Positions 11,966-25,399 are shown, counted from the whole stretch's first letter. The stretch is DNA of 63,533 nucleotides, filler included, from Blastocystis sp. subtype 4 (GCF_000743755.1; 21 parts of 21 records of this genome joined end to end with filler, not necessarily neighbours in it), one strand, 5' to 3'. Made by a program: numbers and translations. The notes: generated by a model from the letters alone, not told the origin.

Positions 11966-12671
11966 TGCTATGTGTCAGTATTCTGCATTTCATGATTTCA
12001 TCAATTGTCTATTCTCTCTCACACAATCTGACTCTTGAGTCAAATGTTGAGAATCATGGAAACTTGATTAATGTGCACGAATGGGTATGAAAGGATATAA
12101 TGTTTTTCTAACATCCAGATCTTCATTATAAGCATGAACTCAAGATATCTCATTCTCACAACCATCTTTCCAACAATATGGAAGATGATTACATATCATC
12201 CTCCGTTACAATCAGTAACAAGAATCTGACTTGCATCTGATACTACAAGAATCAACCATCGATAATGAGAATAAGGATTCAGATAAGGAACATATAAATA
12301 CTTCATTCTACTTCATGATCATCGTTAACTCAATACTCAAGAGGAACTAAATTCAAGTATTGATTGTATTCTTTTGAATTGCACTTTTGTTCTTGGCAGA
12401 TGAATGATGATTCATTATAAGAGAGTTATGAAGAGGGATGACAATGAACGAAGAAGAGAAGTAAAAGAAGAAGGGATAGTATTATCTGTAAACCAACTAA
12501 TAGAATAAGGAACGATAAAGGCAACTAAAAATGAGAGAAATATCAAATCCATTCTCTTTCTTATGATCAGAGAAAGAGAATAGTAATTGAGTGATTGTTG
12601 ATTATGTCAACTTCATCATGATCTACAATCAATATCTCAATCAATTCCAGTCTGAATATCAACAAACAATC

Positions 12672-12952
12672 TTATATCCATTCTGAATCAGTTTTCATCA
12701 TACGATTAATACATTGAATTCGATTCTTATTACTACTAAACTTAACAGGATGAAGATGATAGGAAGTCCTATTCTTGTTACAACCATGATTACAAGATGG
12801 AATAGTCTTGGCATTCAAACAATTCAATACAACAGGAACTGCCATTTCTAGATACACCAACTCAGAATACATCTCTTCAAACATCATTGATACAGAATTC
12901 ACATCTCTTGAATGAACATAGAATGCATCACTCCATCCAATCATCTGATTCT
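12672..12952 (-). CDS. STELLO/DUF288-like glycosyltransferase C-terminal fragment
   Basis: WSDAFYV...FEEM...VYLEMAVP...HPVK pattern. Confidence 0.4.
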
Positions 12953-13669
12953 NNNNNNNNNNNNNNNNNNNNNNNNNNNNNNNNNNNNNNNNNNNNTTAA
13001 TTAATTAANNNNNNNNNNNNNNNNNNNNNNNNNNNNNNNNNNNNNNNNNNNNGTGGATATCTGGCATTGTTGTATGCCCTCACTCATAACAAGTTGAGAC
13101 CCATAGATAGGAATGATGAGAAATGACAATCACTAATTCATTGTTCTTTGCAAATAGTAATTTGTCTTTTGTTACATAGAATCTGTGTTTTCATTTTACT
13201 TTGTACAAGTAAACATGAGTCAATTACTCACACAATTCAGCTTGATTACGACAAGTTCTTCGATTAACTAGATGATTATGATATGATGATAACGTGACTG
13301 ATAATCCAATAAAGAGAACAGATAACAGTGGTCATGCACACAGACTACATGATATGGAAGACAGAACATAGGCATTTGAATACTGTAGACTGCGTGCTCT
13401 TAGATCAAAGAGCTTATCTATTTGAATGATTGAGTGAATTGGCCATTTGTTAGGGATAATATACTAGCAGTTCACATGAGTGATTTGTATTCGATTCAGT
13501 ATGATGTGTCATCGTCATGGTAACTATACTTCACTTGCATTCCGCACTACCTCAACAACCGCCTTTATGATTGGGATGTATCTAGAGGACTTTTCTTCTC
13601 GATTCATACTACTATGATTACAAAGCTAGGATAACCTAATAGATACTCTGTTGTAGGAAACAAATATTA

Positions 13670-15906
13670 TTAGTCAGCATAGTTCGCCCAACTGGCAATA
13701 TCCGCACTTCCATAAGTTCGTTTCTGTAATGTCATCACCACTCTTCCACTGCTATCAAGAATTCTCACATATGCACTCTGGATCCATCCTGGACTATTTG
13801 GCAACGAGTTGTACATGTATATAGATATTCGAGTTCGAGGCATTTTCACCCGTCTTGTTCCATAACTCAATTCAAAAGTGTAAAATGTTCCTGACCCTCG
13901 ATTAAAGCTTATTCTATACATATTGCAACTTGAATAACATATGCTTTGAATTGTGAAATAGGATCCTCCATCATAGCGTCTCTCCTCAATGTAGGATCCT
14001 AACCAACCAGAATCTACTTGTTATTCGTCATAGCAATAGTACTTGACTCGGATAAACTAGTTACATAGTAGAATTGTTCACGATTCGTAAAACTGATTGA
14101 ACTTAGAGTTTGAGTATCTGCTCTCAATATATTCAATAAAAACTACTTCGAATTATCACATTTCCGATGGCATAAAAGCAGTTACCATACCCAGTCAGCG
14201 TCTTCAGCACAGGGAGATCTATCCATAAGATTGCATAACCAGCCTTACCCTTCATTGTTAACTGATTAGTATAGTAGTGTGGAGGATACCGACTACCTTG
14301 GGAATCATCTCCATAAAGGGCATGTTGCCCCACTACTACAGATCTAAGATTTGGTAAATCTACTGTTTATGAGTTATTCAAAAGCTACTCTCCAGACGAA
14401 TAGATCTGCATTTGTAAAAAGAGTAACTCCCAAACTCCAAATACTCCAATAATGGAAGATTCGCAATATGAACATTCTTAGTGTTGTAGAAGTTATAGGA
14501 TGCCGATGGTAATCCAATAACAATTCGAGTAAGATTTGGGAGATTACCTAATTCAAATGTTCCGTAGTCCGAAAATGAATAGCGACCCAGTTCAAGGGTA
14601 TGGAGAGATGAACAGTTCATCACCTGGAATCTTCTGTTCCTATTTCCATAGCTGTTCTTACTGTTAGTAAATGCATTTTCTCCAATTTGAATCGATTCTA
14701 GTCTCCCGAGGTTCTGGAGAATTAGGCTGTCTGCACTTGAAAAACTCTCTTTTCCACTATCCAGGGTACGAAGCGACTGGAATCCATTCAATGAAAACGA
14801 TCCTCCTTCTGACAGTTGAGATCCATCTGCAAAACTCATTGACTTCATTGTTTGTGGCAACTGAGATATTACAACGGATGTAGGGAGAGTAGGAGCTTCG
14901 GTGATGATAGGCTCTTCACATGGTTCAGTATTCTCATTAGGATAAGGACCATCACCATAAGTGTTCAATGTATCACCCATCTCCCAGTTCCAAGTGTAAC
15001 GACATTGACTCACTTCCTTATCATTACTCATATCATAGTATCCTAGATTGTTAACATTCGTAGTAGAACACATTGTGTCATATAATACTGATACTTGCAT
15101 AGCACGAATACTCACTCCAGTCTCAGATCGACTACAAGCATTTCGCAATGCTGCATCAAATCCATCATTGAACTCGTTGTAAGCATTACTGTTAAAGTTC
15201 ATCTGTGTCAGTTTAGGGAAATTCTTCTTATCAGTACACATTTTACGAAGGTTTGCTGCAATGTTTGCCATCATCTCTGTAATATTCGTTGCAGCTTCAT
15301 GAGAAGTGGCCTTGTGACCAGTTACTTGGAAGTACTCAAGATTCTTGAAGTATCCCTTATCACGATTATCAACCATCCATTGAATCAATGTGTTGAATCC
15401 CTCCATCTGGAAAGAACCATCTCCAAATACAATTCGAGAAGGACGAGTGAATTCAGAAAGAGAAATGAGAGGTGTAATCAGAATAGAAGTACATATCAAT
15501 AGGAGCTGGATTTCTCTTAGTCTGAGCAGCCAGAGATGTACGGAACAACTCAATGGAAGGCTGAGTCATTCCAGAAAGAGCAAGAACTCTAGTATGTTTG
15601 AGAGCCTTAGTAGGGAAAGCATCTCTCACAGCCAGATATCTTCTCACGACCTCAATATCAGAAATGATCTGTTCATAACAAGTGGACTGGACTTCATAAT
15701 TGCTGTTATCTCCAAGAATGAAAGGATCATAGATGGGGAACCAAGGTTCAGGAGTAGGAGTAGGAGTAGGGGTGGGGGTAGGAGTAGGAGTAGGGGTAGC
15801 AGTTGGAGTAGGAGTAACAGTAGGAGTGGGTGTAGCAGTGGGAGTAGGAGTAGGAGGAATGGTAGGAGGCTCAGGAGTAGGAAGCAACTCAGAGACAATA
15901 GGACGA
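13670..15906 (-). CDS. Large protein with Pro/Thr linker and LRR-like repeats; 5'-truncated, frameshift near 15460, short introns after 14390
   Basis: (PT)n repeat; NLPNLTRIVIG and NLPLLEYLEFG repeats; A|GT...AG|AT intron after RLE, as in the MORN-LRR family. Confidence 0.65.
15750..15885 (-). repeat. Pro-Thr coding microsatellite (CCTACT)n
   Basis: ggagta repeats on the + strand. Confidence 0.9.
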
Positions 15907-16006
15907 NNNNNNNNNNNNNNNNNNNNNNNNNNNNNNNNNNNNNNNNNNNNTTAATTAATTAANNNNNNNNNNNNNNNNNNNNNNNNNNNNNNNNNNNNNN
16001 NNNNNN

Positions 16007-16454
16007 GATTATCATAAAGAGAAGTGATAGTTTCACTATATCAAAGAATTGAATTGGAGAAATGCTTATATGAAGATTAATAATGAACAGAAGGATTGGA
16101 TGACTTCAATTATTCTATATCATTCATTTGAATGGATTATGTCATTCATTTCATGAACATAATCATAAGAAGAGTGAACTAGAAGATGGAATAGTCATTC
16201 TTTCTATTGTGGTACAAGATGATCTTTATGAGATGACTTACATAGTAATAATAGCAGGTGTGTATCAGATTGGGCATACAGCAAAAGGAAGAACAAATTA
16301 TGATGATTCCTTTATCAAGAGAGCTGTTATAGATTTGTATCTGTTATCAAGATGTGGTTATCTCACTGTGACAAAAAGAAGTTCATTTGGTGATACTGCT
16401 GTTATTCTCTCTTCAGCAAATGCTGTATTTCAGATATCTTGTCATGTTTGTTGA
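16007..16454 (+). CDS. Fucosyltransferase-like C-terminal fragment
   Basis: AVIDLYLLSRC...SSFG motif typical of alpha-1,2/1,6-fucosyltransferase C-termini; probable poly(A)-completed stop at T16440. Confidence 0.55.
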
Positions 16455-16587
16455 AGAAATAGACTCATTTATACAACTGTTCTATCAAGCTGTACATTGG
16501 TGTCCATTTTTTTCTACCCATGAAGGTACGACTCTCTGGAGTTCTACTGTTCATTCACTAAAACGATCAAACCTCTTATGAGGGATA

Positions 16588-17844
16588 TTAACTCCAAATA
16601 CTTGTGGAAGAATATACAGAGTGACATCTACAACAAAAGTGGTGAATATGATTACTTCGACCTATTACCATGTGATAGTAAATGATTTTGTCGTAACCAA
16701 AATCAACAAAGAAAGGATGAAAGAGTGTGGAAAAAGGATGACGTCTTATTACACCATATGGTTCCTGAGAACGCTTTAACTGTACTGGATAGGCAATTTG
16801 CATCTGAAGATTCTTCCACTTATCATGGTTACAATATGCCTGTTGAATATCAGAAGTTATGTTATACTACATGATGTGAATCCCTATATGGAATGATTCT
16901 ATTGTTACTCCAAGCCTTATTCAAAGCAGTCATGTTCATAGGAATATTATCCCATCTATTCAATACACAATAATTGATAATACACTTGCTCACAAGAATC
17001 TAATCGAGAACAAAGAGCAATCATTTCCCTGTTACAAGCGAATATGGGAAAAACAACAATAGCATTCTTATCCTTGAGAATCTCCTTATTCTTTTTGTAC
17101 ATATCATTGGCATTATCTAAAGTTAATCTAATGTTGTATTACCAACTAGAAATGAAGATATCACAATCAAGCAGAAGATAATGTGTAGTTTGGATATACT
17201 CTATTCCAAGACTTCTCAGAACATTAAAAGGATAAAGATAAGGGTGACCACTAGTCTTAAGAACATGAGTATTATTGAAATTGATATAGGGTTCACCTTC
17301 TTTTAGGGCACACATGTACACTATGAAGGTTACTCTTTCTTCAAATGGTTGATCCAAAAACCTATAAAGATTAGAAGTATTTCTATCACAGAAAAGAACA
17401 GAATAAATGATGGGACCTTTCCATCGCTCGTTAATGTAATAGACTCGAGAGATCCTATCAAATCTAATCTCAATGAATTGATTTGAACCTACGATAAATG
17501 AACAACAGCAGTGATATCTGTGAATTCTTGTTCCAAATCTATTCATATGAAGCATTTCAGTTGAATACATCTTCTTCTATTCCATGTTCTGCATTCTCTT
17601 CTTCCTGGATTAACGACAAATACAAGATGATGTTGACAATGAGAGTACTCAGTATTCCACTCACATCCATGATATAGAGAAGAATAATGCGATTGAACAA
17701 AGGCAGAAACATCTACATATTCATTGTATATCATTACAAATACAACAACTCTTTTCAGTGATTTCCTCTGTAAAGGTCCTGAAATAGGTAGACAAAAGGA
17801 ATCGGTCATTTTCCAGAGTCTTGTTCTCTAAGCCATAATATGAA
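16588..17844 (-). CDS. GT49 (LARGE/B4GAT1-like) glycosyltransferase, intron-containing or degenerate
   Basis: RWKGPI; YPFNVLRSLG...HYLLLDCDIF (DxD); EPYGV; FVDFGYDK. Confidence 0.65.
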
Positions 17845-18324
17845 GTGTAGGAGGTATCAATTGAACGAAAGTAGTCCTATCATTGACAATAATGTGATTA
17901 CCAACTTTCATATTCACTCGTAGTTCTAAACTTATAGTATCAATTGTCAGTATGTCATGAGAAAAGAGAAATGAAACGAAATACGGAACAAACAATATCA
18001 CCTTCCACATAATTGAAGAATGATTTTTATATGTGTTCCATTGTTGTTCTTTTGCCTATTTGGTTTTCATCTTCTTTCACATGGTTACAACATCTGAAAT
18101 CAATTGTCAATGGATTCATTATCGTATATATGAAGACAATGGATATGAACTCTTTCAAGCGAATACTCGAAAATGGAAAGATAAATGATTATCTTCAAGT
18201 GTATAGAAAAAGAGGATTGAACATATCAACCTTTCACACAATAGGCAAGGAATGGAAAGGAAACAAATCATATTCTATTGACTATTCTGTGAATAGAGGG
18301 ATTCATGTCTGTCAGAGTAGAAGG

Positions 18325-18402
18325 TTTTGACGTATGTCAAGTACAAATTGGAAGCAGATAAACTGTCACTAACATGGGCCTCCAACCGTGGATAGCTATA
18401 CA
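18325..18402 (+). repeat. Dispersed repeat copy B
   Basis: aacatgggcctccaaccgtggatagctatacag matches 24837-24868. Confidence 0.75.
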
Positions 18403-18490
18403 GCACAATTAGTGATCAAAAAGGAAGACTCATTTTACCATTTAGAGCCAATTTGCTGGAATTAATAACAAGAATTGTGTCATTTAGTAA

Positions 18491-18790
18491 ATGTACTCAA
18501 TAATCATTCAAGGCAAATCATTGAATGGATCATTCACGGAAAAAACCTTGCTGATTCAACAATCCATTGATTACAATCATGAAAACACTATTAACACCTT
18601 CTTCAGATGCTCTATTATCAAACCAATAACTGTATCTAATGGTAAAGGAGAATCTGTTGTGTTTGATAAAGGATGCTATACTCTACCTCACATCATTACT
18701 ATTCTCAGTCAAATACAACACACATCATTCTCAATATCCAATACTGACAGTAATGGTTGTATTCACATTGATTCCAATTGTTCAATGTGA
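18491..18790 (+). pseudogene. Penton/minor-capsid-like ORF fragment, copy 1
   Basis: Paralog of 25074-25399 (YSIIIQGK, VSNGKGESVVFxKGxYTL); family assignment is inferred from motif shape. Confidence 0.45.
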
Positions 18791-18951
18791 ATGAAGAATA
18801 AGAGATTGTGATTGATGGAAACAGAACAGATTACTATTTGAACAATCCTAANNNNNNNNNNNNNNNNNNNNNNNNNNNNNNNNNNNNNNNNNNNNTTAAT
18901 TAATTAANNNNNNNNNNNNNNNNNNNNNNNNNNNNNNNNNNNNNNNNNNNN

Positions 18952-19183
18952 TGATGGAAACAGTGTCAACCTCACCAGTAGCAACACCAGTCTTGGGGTC
19001 CAGACGAGCAACGTTGATCTAAGCAATTACTTCTTCTCTCTTCAAACCAAACCATGACAGAAGCATGATCGCGAGAGTCAATCACACGGTGGGTCCAGTC
19101 GCTAGAATAACAGCTAGAAACGTAGCATCCTACCATCTGCGGGGCATGTAAAGCTCAACGTAATTTCCGTTCTCGTTCTGCAT
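18952..19183 (-). CDS. RPS21: 40S ribosomal protein S21 (eS21), two short introns, 3'-truncated
   Basis: Spliced translation MQNENGNYVELYMPRRCDWTHRVIDSRDHASVMINVARLDP. Confidence 0.92.
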
Positions 19184-20067
19184 ATTAAACACGTAAAGAA
19201 GGGTGTGGAGAGTTTCTTTCTGAGCACTGCTGAATTCGATTGATGTGAAAATACATTCAGAGATACTGAGACAGCACGACGAAATTCCATCGTGGCCTCC
19301 ATTTCATTCATTGTTTTCTTCACTTGATAAATCGAGGAAGGTAAGAAGGAGTGAAATTGTATTTGGTGTTCGTTTTTGGCCGATGATTACCATATTTGCT
19401 ACTCTTGACTATTGAATGACGATACGAAACCAAGATCTCTGAGGTCTTTATATTCAACAAGTGATGAAAGCAATGTTTCGTCATGAACTCTTGTCATGAT
19501 ATATTCTACGAAACTGCCTTCCTTCTGAGTGTTGAATTGTGTCTGTTGAATTGGTGTGATGTAATACTAATTGGGAATCTCTCTGACTACTGAAGACAAG
19601 AATTAGTGTCATCTTTGATCTGACCGATTCAGCAATTGATGGTTGATGATAAACAGATAGGGACAACTGAATCCCGTGATGAATAACATCTTTTGCGTGA
19701 CTGACATCATGTTGACGTTGATGATACCGAACTAGAGTCTCTGATTCTTCTATTACTCAGTGACGATAAACCCTTGGCTGTCTGAGTCATTTGATTCCAC
19801 ATGGTTTTTGAACCTTTTCTTACATCTTTGTAGTTGTGCAGTGGTCGCTGTTTGCTAGTGTTGGGGTGAGTTTTGTGTTTGTTGTACAATTTCGTCGTTC
19901 ACTCTTCTGTTGTCATTTCCCTTCTTGTTTTTGTACCCAATTCATTTGAATAGCGATTTCTTGTTATCATTCGTCTTGTATCTGAAGTGTTCTGCCAAAT
20001 CATAGAAAAAACCGTGGGTTCGTCTCATTGTTGAAATAGCATTCCTCTAAAAACATAGATTATCAAT

Positions 20068-21604
20068 ATGGCTGCTCTTGAAAAGAGATTAAAAGAGTTC
20101 CAGAAGAAGGCTGGAAACAAGAATTGCTTCGTTTGTAACCAGAAGGTGAGTTTCGAGAAGGAAGAGATAATCCACAGGGACCTCAGTATTTCGTAATGGA
20201 TTTCCTCACTTTAGTGTGTACGGGATGCAGTGGAGTACAGTAGGAGTTGCCATTTTTCGCTTGAGGTGTTTAGTCGTGAGTTCAGCCATACGATCAAGCA
20301 TCTGACTTTAGCCACCTGGACGAAGGAGGAAGTCGATCTCGTTACGTCTGGAGGCAACAAGGTTGGTGTGTTTTGGAAGAGTGATAGATAGAAAGCTGCA
20401 AAGAAGTATCTGAAGGGCTGGGATGAGAACAAATATCCTCGTCCTCAGACAAGTGATAAGGTGGGTGTTCGTGAGTTCATTCAGAACTGTTTTGTGGATC
20501 AAATGTAAGAGATGGAATTCATGTGACTTATGGTATAGTTGGGCATCCAAGTCTGCTAAGAAGGGTGGTTATGATGATGACGATTACAGTGATATGCCTC
20601 CTCCAAGGAAGGGTAAGAAGGGTGGTTATGATGACGACGATGATGATGATTTTGCTCCTCGCAAACCCGCTAAGAAGAGTCGTTTCGAGGATGACGACGA
20701 TGATGATTTTGCTCCTCGTAAGCCTGCTAAGAAGAGCCGATTTGAGGATGACGATGATGATGATTTTGCTCCCCGTAAACCTGCTAAGAAGCCTATGAAG
20801 AAACTGTCGATGGATCTGTCTGGATCTGAAGATGATTTTGCTCCTCGCAAACCTGCTAAGAAGCCAGCAAAGAAGGCTAGTCGTTATGATGATGAGGAGG
20901 ATGAAGATGACTTTGCTCCTCGTAAGCCAGCGAAGAAGCCTGTTAAGAAGCCAATGATGGATTTGTCTGGATCTGAAGATGAGGATTTTGCTCCTCGTAA
21001 GCCTGCTAAGAAGCCTATGAAGAAGCCTAGTCGTTATGATGATGAAGATGAGGATGACTTCGCTCCTCGTAAGCCTGCTAAGAAGCCTATGAAGAAGCCA
21101 AGTCGTTATGATGACGATGAGGATGAAGAAGATTTCGCTCCCAAGAAACCTGCTAAGAAGCCTATGAAGAAGCCTAGTCGTTATGATGATGAGGATGAAG
21201 AGGATTTTGCTCCTAAGAAGCCCGCTAAGAAACCTGCTAAGAAGCCTAGTCGTTATGATGATGAGGAAGAGGAAGAAGAACCTCCTAAGAAGCCTGCGAA
21301 GAAGGCTGCTCCTGTTGCAGCTAAGAAGGGAAAGAAGGCTCCTGTGGAGGAGGTTGCTGAGCCTGATCAGGGTTATGGATATGATCAGGGTTACGGTTAT
21401 GACCAGGGATATGGTTATGATCAAGGATATGGATATGACCAATCTGGTTATGATCAAGGATATGGATATGACCAATCTGGCTATGATCAGAGCTATGGAT
21501 ATGACCAATCTGGATATGGATATGATCAAGGATATGGTTATGATCAGTCTGGTTATGATCAATCTGGATATGGTTGGCTATGGCTATTAAGCAGTTGTGT
21601 GTAA
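20068..21604 (+). CDS. ArfGAP-domain protein (AGFG-like) with long charged repeats and a GYDQ tail
   Basis: Spliced GNKNCFVC...VCTGCSGVHREFSHTIK...GGNK...REFI; then repeated D/E-FAPRKPAKK units and GYDQ repeats. True stop may be 21590 (GYGY*) if there is a 1-nt indel. Confidence 0.85.
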
Positions 21605-22094
21605 GCTTGCTATTGTGCTTTTTGTTGATACCAATAGAGAGTTCCACTTTGTTCTCACAACTGCTTGTTTCAATGTTCTTGATTGAACATGAATTACATT
21701 TAAGGAGATTCCATACTATCCAAATCCAATAAACAGAAAGAATGGAGGAGATTAATCCACTGAAGGATCATTTGGATTCTATCATTCTAATTTCTTTTCT
21801 TGAATGTATTGAGCCACTATACTTCACTAAACAAGACTCTATTCTTCTGTTTTGTTGATCCATAATAACAAGTGTTTTAATCCTTCTATCTTTGGAATCT
21901 CATAGATTTATTCGATTTCTAAAGTATTCAATGAGATTAAGAGAGAACAAGAATGAATGACCAAAATAGAACTGATTTTGTCAAGGATTTGATTGATGAT
22001 TTATTCCACAACTACAAAGTTGTAGTGTTGTTTAAAGTATGGAAATGATTGAAACAAGGATTAGAAATGGATTGATAACGATTGTGTAGTAGAA

Positions 22095-22482
22095 TTGAGT
22101 TTGAAGATGGCTGGTTGGAAATTCGGAAATAAACAAAAGGAAGAAGAGGTGGAAGAAGAAGTAGAGTATGTGGAGGAAGAGGTGGAAGTGGATTCCAATG
22201 GAGAGGAGGTAGAATATGTGGAAGAGGAGGTGGAGGTGACGGATGATGAAGATGAGACAGTTGCAGAACCGAAAGCAGAATCTGCAAAGAAAACAACAAG
22301 TGTTTCAGGAGCCAAGTCCAAAATGGAAGAGGTATTTGATATTAGTATAGATTAATAAATAGCTGGAGAGTCAATTGGAGGAAGAACGAGAGAATGTGAC
22401 GTTGCTTCAAGAGAGTGTGTTTCTTGGGTTTATGTGATGGGAATAGAGGTGGATGAGTTAGAAGCGGATAATAAGGCGAAAG
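22095..22482 (+). CDS. Hypothetical acidic protein fragment
   Basis: EEEVEYVEEEVEV low-complexity ORF with flanking intron-like segments. Confidence 0.35.
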
Positions 22483-22582
22483 NNNNNNNNNNNNNNNNNN
22501 NNNNNNNNNNNNNNNNNNNNNNNNNNTTAATTAATTAANNNNNNNNNNNNNNNNNNNNNNNNNNNNNNNNNNNNNNNNNNNN

Positions 22583-23900
22583 TCCTTTGTAATAAGAATA
22601 GCTCGTTTCAGAAAAAGGAATAGTTGAAGGAATAGCACGATTACAAACAAGATACTGAAGTTCATTCACATAAGTTGATCCCGCTCCTCTCTGAAAAGCG
22701 GTCAATCGGAACAATGAATAACGAGGAGAAGGTGCTACAGAATCCCATTGTTTCCATTGACTTGAAGTGTAAGTACCTCCATCTGTCTCCAAGATAGAAG
22801 TCCAAGGATCTGATGAAGAAGCAGCTCCTTCAACCAGAAAGTGAACAACATGAGTAGTAGTACTAGTATAAGGCCAGATACGAACAGAATTCACCATTGG
22901 AAGAGAAGCACCCTGATACTCAGCAGTCAGAGTTCCAGAAGTGTAGAAAGCTGAGAAGGATGATGAAGCTGAATAGGTCCAGGAGAAGGCATTCACAGGA
23001 TTCGTAAAGCTCGTACCAGTAGCTGTAACCTCATTAGGAACAACGAAACAGGGATTGGAGGTGTCAATTCCGGCATAGAATACCAAGAATCCATTGAATT
23101 GAATGATCTCGGAATATCCAGTACTCTCAAAATGGACTTCAACAGCTAACACACTCGAAGTACTCTCAGCAATAGTGGAAGGACGAATCACTCCATGATA
23201 ATCATACATCGTATAGCTTCCAGTAGCAAGAGTGGTAATTGTTGGTTCTCCATTAGGGATGTTATCACGATACACTTCATCTCCATTGATATACGCCACA
23301 ATTCCATAACGATAATACAATTGAAGTTCAATTGCAGCCAAGTCACTCAATCCAGCAAACGACTTACGGAAGTATTGAGTTCCAGATACCGACAGCGTTG
23401 TAGTTCCTGTTGCAACATTAGTCCAACCAGATTCTGAATAATTCACATCCTTCCAGTTTCCTGAAGCACTTGAAGTGTATTTCCAAGTATCATCCTTGTT
23501 GATGGGAGAATACAACGACAAAGGCTGCTCCTGAGTACGACTTGTAGTCATCATTCCCTTGAACACACGATTTCCATTGACTCCTTCAATCATCAGCCAA
23601 GCACCACTAGACCAATAGGAGGTAGTATCATACATTCCAAGAGTGTATTGATTGTTCGTAGTCTGCTGAAGACAGACTTCCAGAACTCGTTCCTGATTGT
23701 TTGTCAAAGAAGGAGAAGTGTATAGGGTCTCAGATCCAGAAAGGATTTTGAATGATTCTTGACTTGCTGAAGACAATGTCTTCTTTGTGAACTTGATATA
23801 CACTTCAGAATTAGTGCAATTAACAGCAACATTTATTGACACTAAATATTAGTGAAGAAAGCACAGCCAAACAGAGAATTGAGAATAACAAAATCATCAT
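22583..23900 (-). CDS. Secreted/surface protein with galactose-binding/F5/8-like domains, 3'-truncated
   Basis: Signal peptide MMILLFSILLSINVA after removing a 31-nt intron; YFRKSF, GIVAYING, LAVEVH, VNELQY; related to the 2998-4952 family. Confidence 0.8.
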
Positions 23901-24789
23901 CAATCAGAAAAAAGAATAGTAAAACTTGTTTCCAAAGTGGCATATACAATAGAATTCTAATAGAATTGGACGCCAGTTATGAGTGGTTTGATAATTATTT
24001 AACAGTGATCAGCCTTCATACAACAATAATAGTAACAGACGAAATATGCACAACCATTAGAAATAATTACCCAAGTTCAAACTGAGAGAATGAACACATT
24101 CTGTGGATCTAGAAAACACTGTTCTTATCACAGTTGGCATCTCATCACTAGAACTGTTCAAGCAGAATAAGGGAATATTATGAACAACTCAGTTGATTTA
24201 GTAGTTCTGAATTCAGCAAACAATCGATTCAACGTAACTATGAAAAGAATAGTAGGGACTTAAAAGGTGACACAAATCACATTCTGCTATAAGTAAATGT
24301 GTAGTTTATGAAACAGTGTCCTCATCCAGGAACTTACGACATAAGAAAAGGAGCTCGAAGATCTGATAGGAATGGCTATCCATCTACACCACATCATTAA
24401 TAGTTTACTGTCCTATTTGGAGACCAATCAATAGAACACAATATGACTATCCAATAGAAAGAAGAATAACTGTTTAGTAATCAAATGGATATAATTATTA
24501 TGAATCAACTGATGAATGAGAACCGTGATATGTCGTAAAGTGGCGGTTCCTACCAAACCTTTAGTTGTTGTGCTAATAGCATAACCACTGACTCTTTTGT
24601 ACATCCATCATTCCTAGAGTCAAACCATATTACAAAAGTCAGTAGTGTTGATACCATTGAATATATACATTCTTGAGACACTGTGATATAAAAGAATCAC
24701 ACCAAAGAACAGAGATCGACATTTGGAAGAAAAAACATTGACTAACAACTCATTCTCTTTCCACCCAAAGGTGGAATAAAAGTAATAAC

Positions 24790-25073
24790 AATCTGACGCA
24801 TGATACGTATTGTTTACAACCAGACAAACCGTCGCAAACATGGGCCTCCAACCCTGGGTAGCTATACACGCTTAACCCTACCAGACAAAAACGCCACATA
24901 AACAAGCTCGAAAAGGCAGACATTTTGATAATAATTTGGAACACATATCCAACCCATTTCAACTCAAATCATGGCTAACAATAAGAACAAAAGTTTTGCA
25001 TCTATGATCATAATGGTCAACAATGGATAAGAATAAGAACAAGAATGTTGTTGTTAATTCTTTCTAGCAATAA
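24790..25073 (+). repeat. Dispersed repeat copy C
   Basis: Aligns with copies at 5640-5870, 18325-18402 and the reverse complement of 27281-27465. Confidence 0.8.
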
Positions 25074-25399
25074 ATGCATTATTCAATAATCATTCAAGGC
25101 AAACCATCAAATGGATCATTCACTGGGAGAATCCTTATCGTTTCAATAATCCATACATTACAATGATGAAGGTACTATTAACACCTACTTCTACTGCACT
25201 ATTTTCAAACATTCATCAAACCAATATTGTATCTAATGGTAAAGGAGAATCTGTAGTATTTGAGAAAGGATATTATACTCTAGCTGACATAATCGCTATG
25301 CTCAATCAAATGCAATATACTCAATACTCCATATCAAATGCAGCTTCAAGTTTTGGATGTTTCCATATACAATCATCATGTTCAGTTGATTTCTCACAA
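25074..25399 (+). pseudogene. Penton/minor-capsid-like ORF fragment, copy 2 (frameshifted, runs off contig)
   Basis: MHYSIIIQGKPSNGSFTG...NIHQTNIVSNGKGESVVFEKGYYTLADIIAMLNQM...SVDFSQ. Confidence 0.5.

Noticed and set aside
20620..21300. CRISPR-like repeat/spacer periodicity
   Set aside because: The repeats are in-frame coding units with synonymous variation in a spliced eukaryotic gene; no cas genes.
20528..21562. 344-aa antisense ORF and similar shadow ORFs (1151-1855, 59676-60380, 15390-15962)
   Set aside because: By-products of repetitive, biased coding sequence on the opposite strand.
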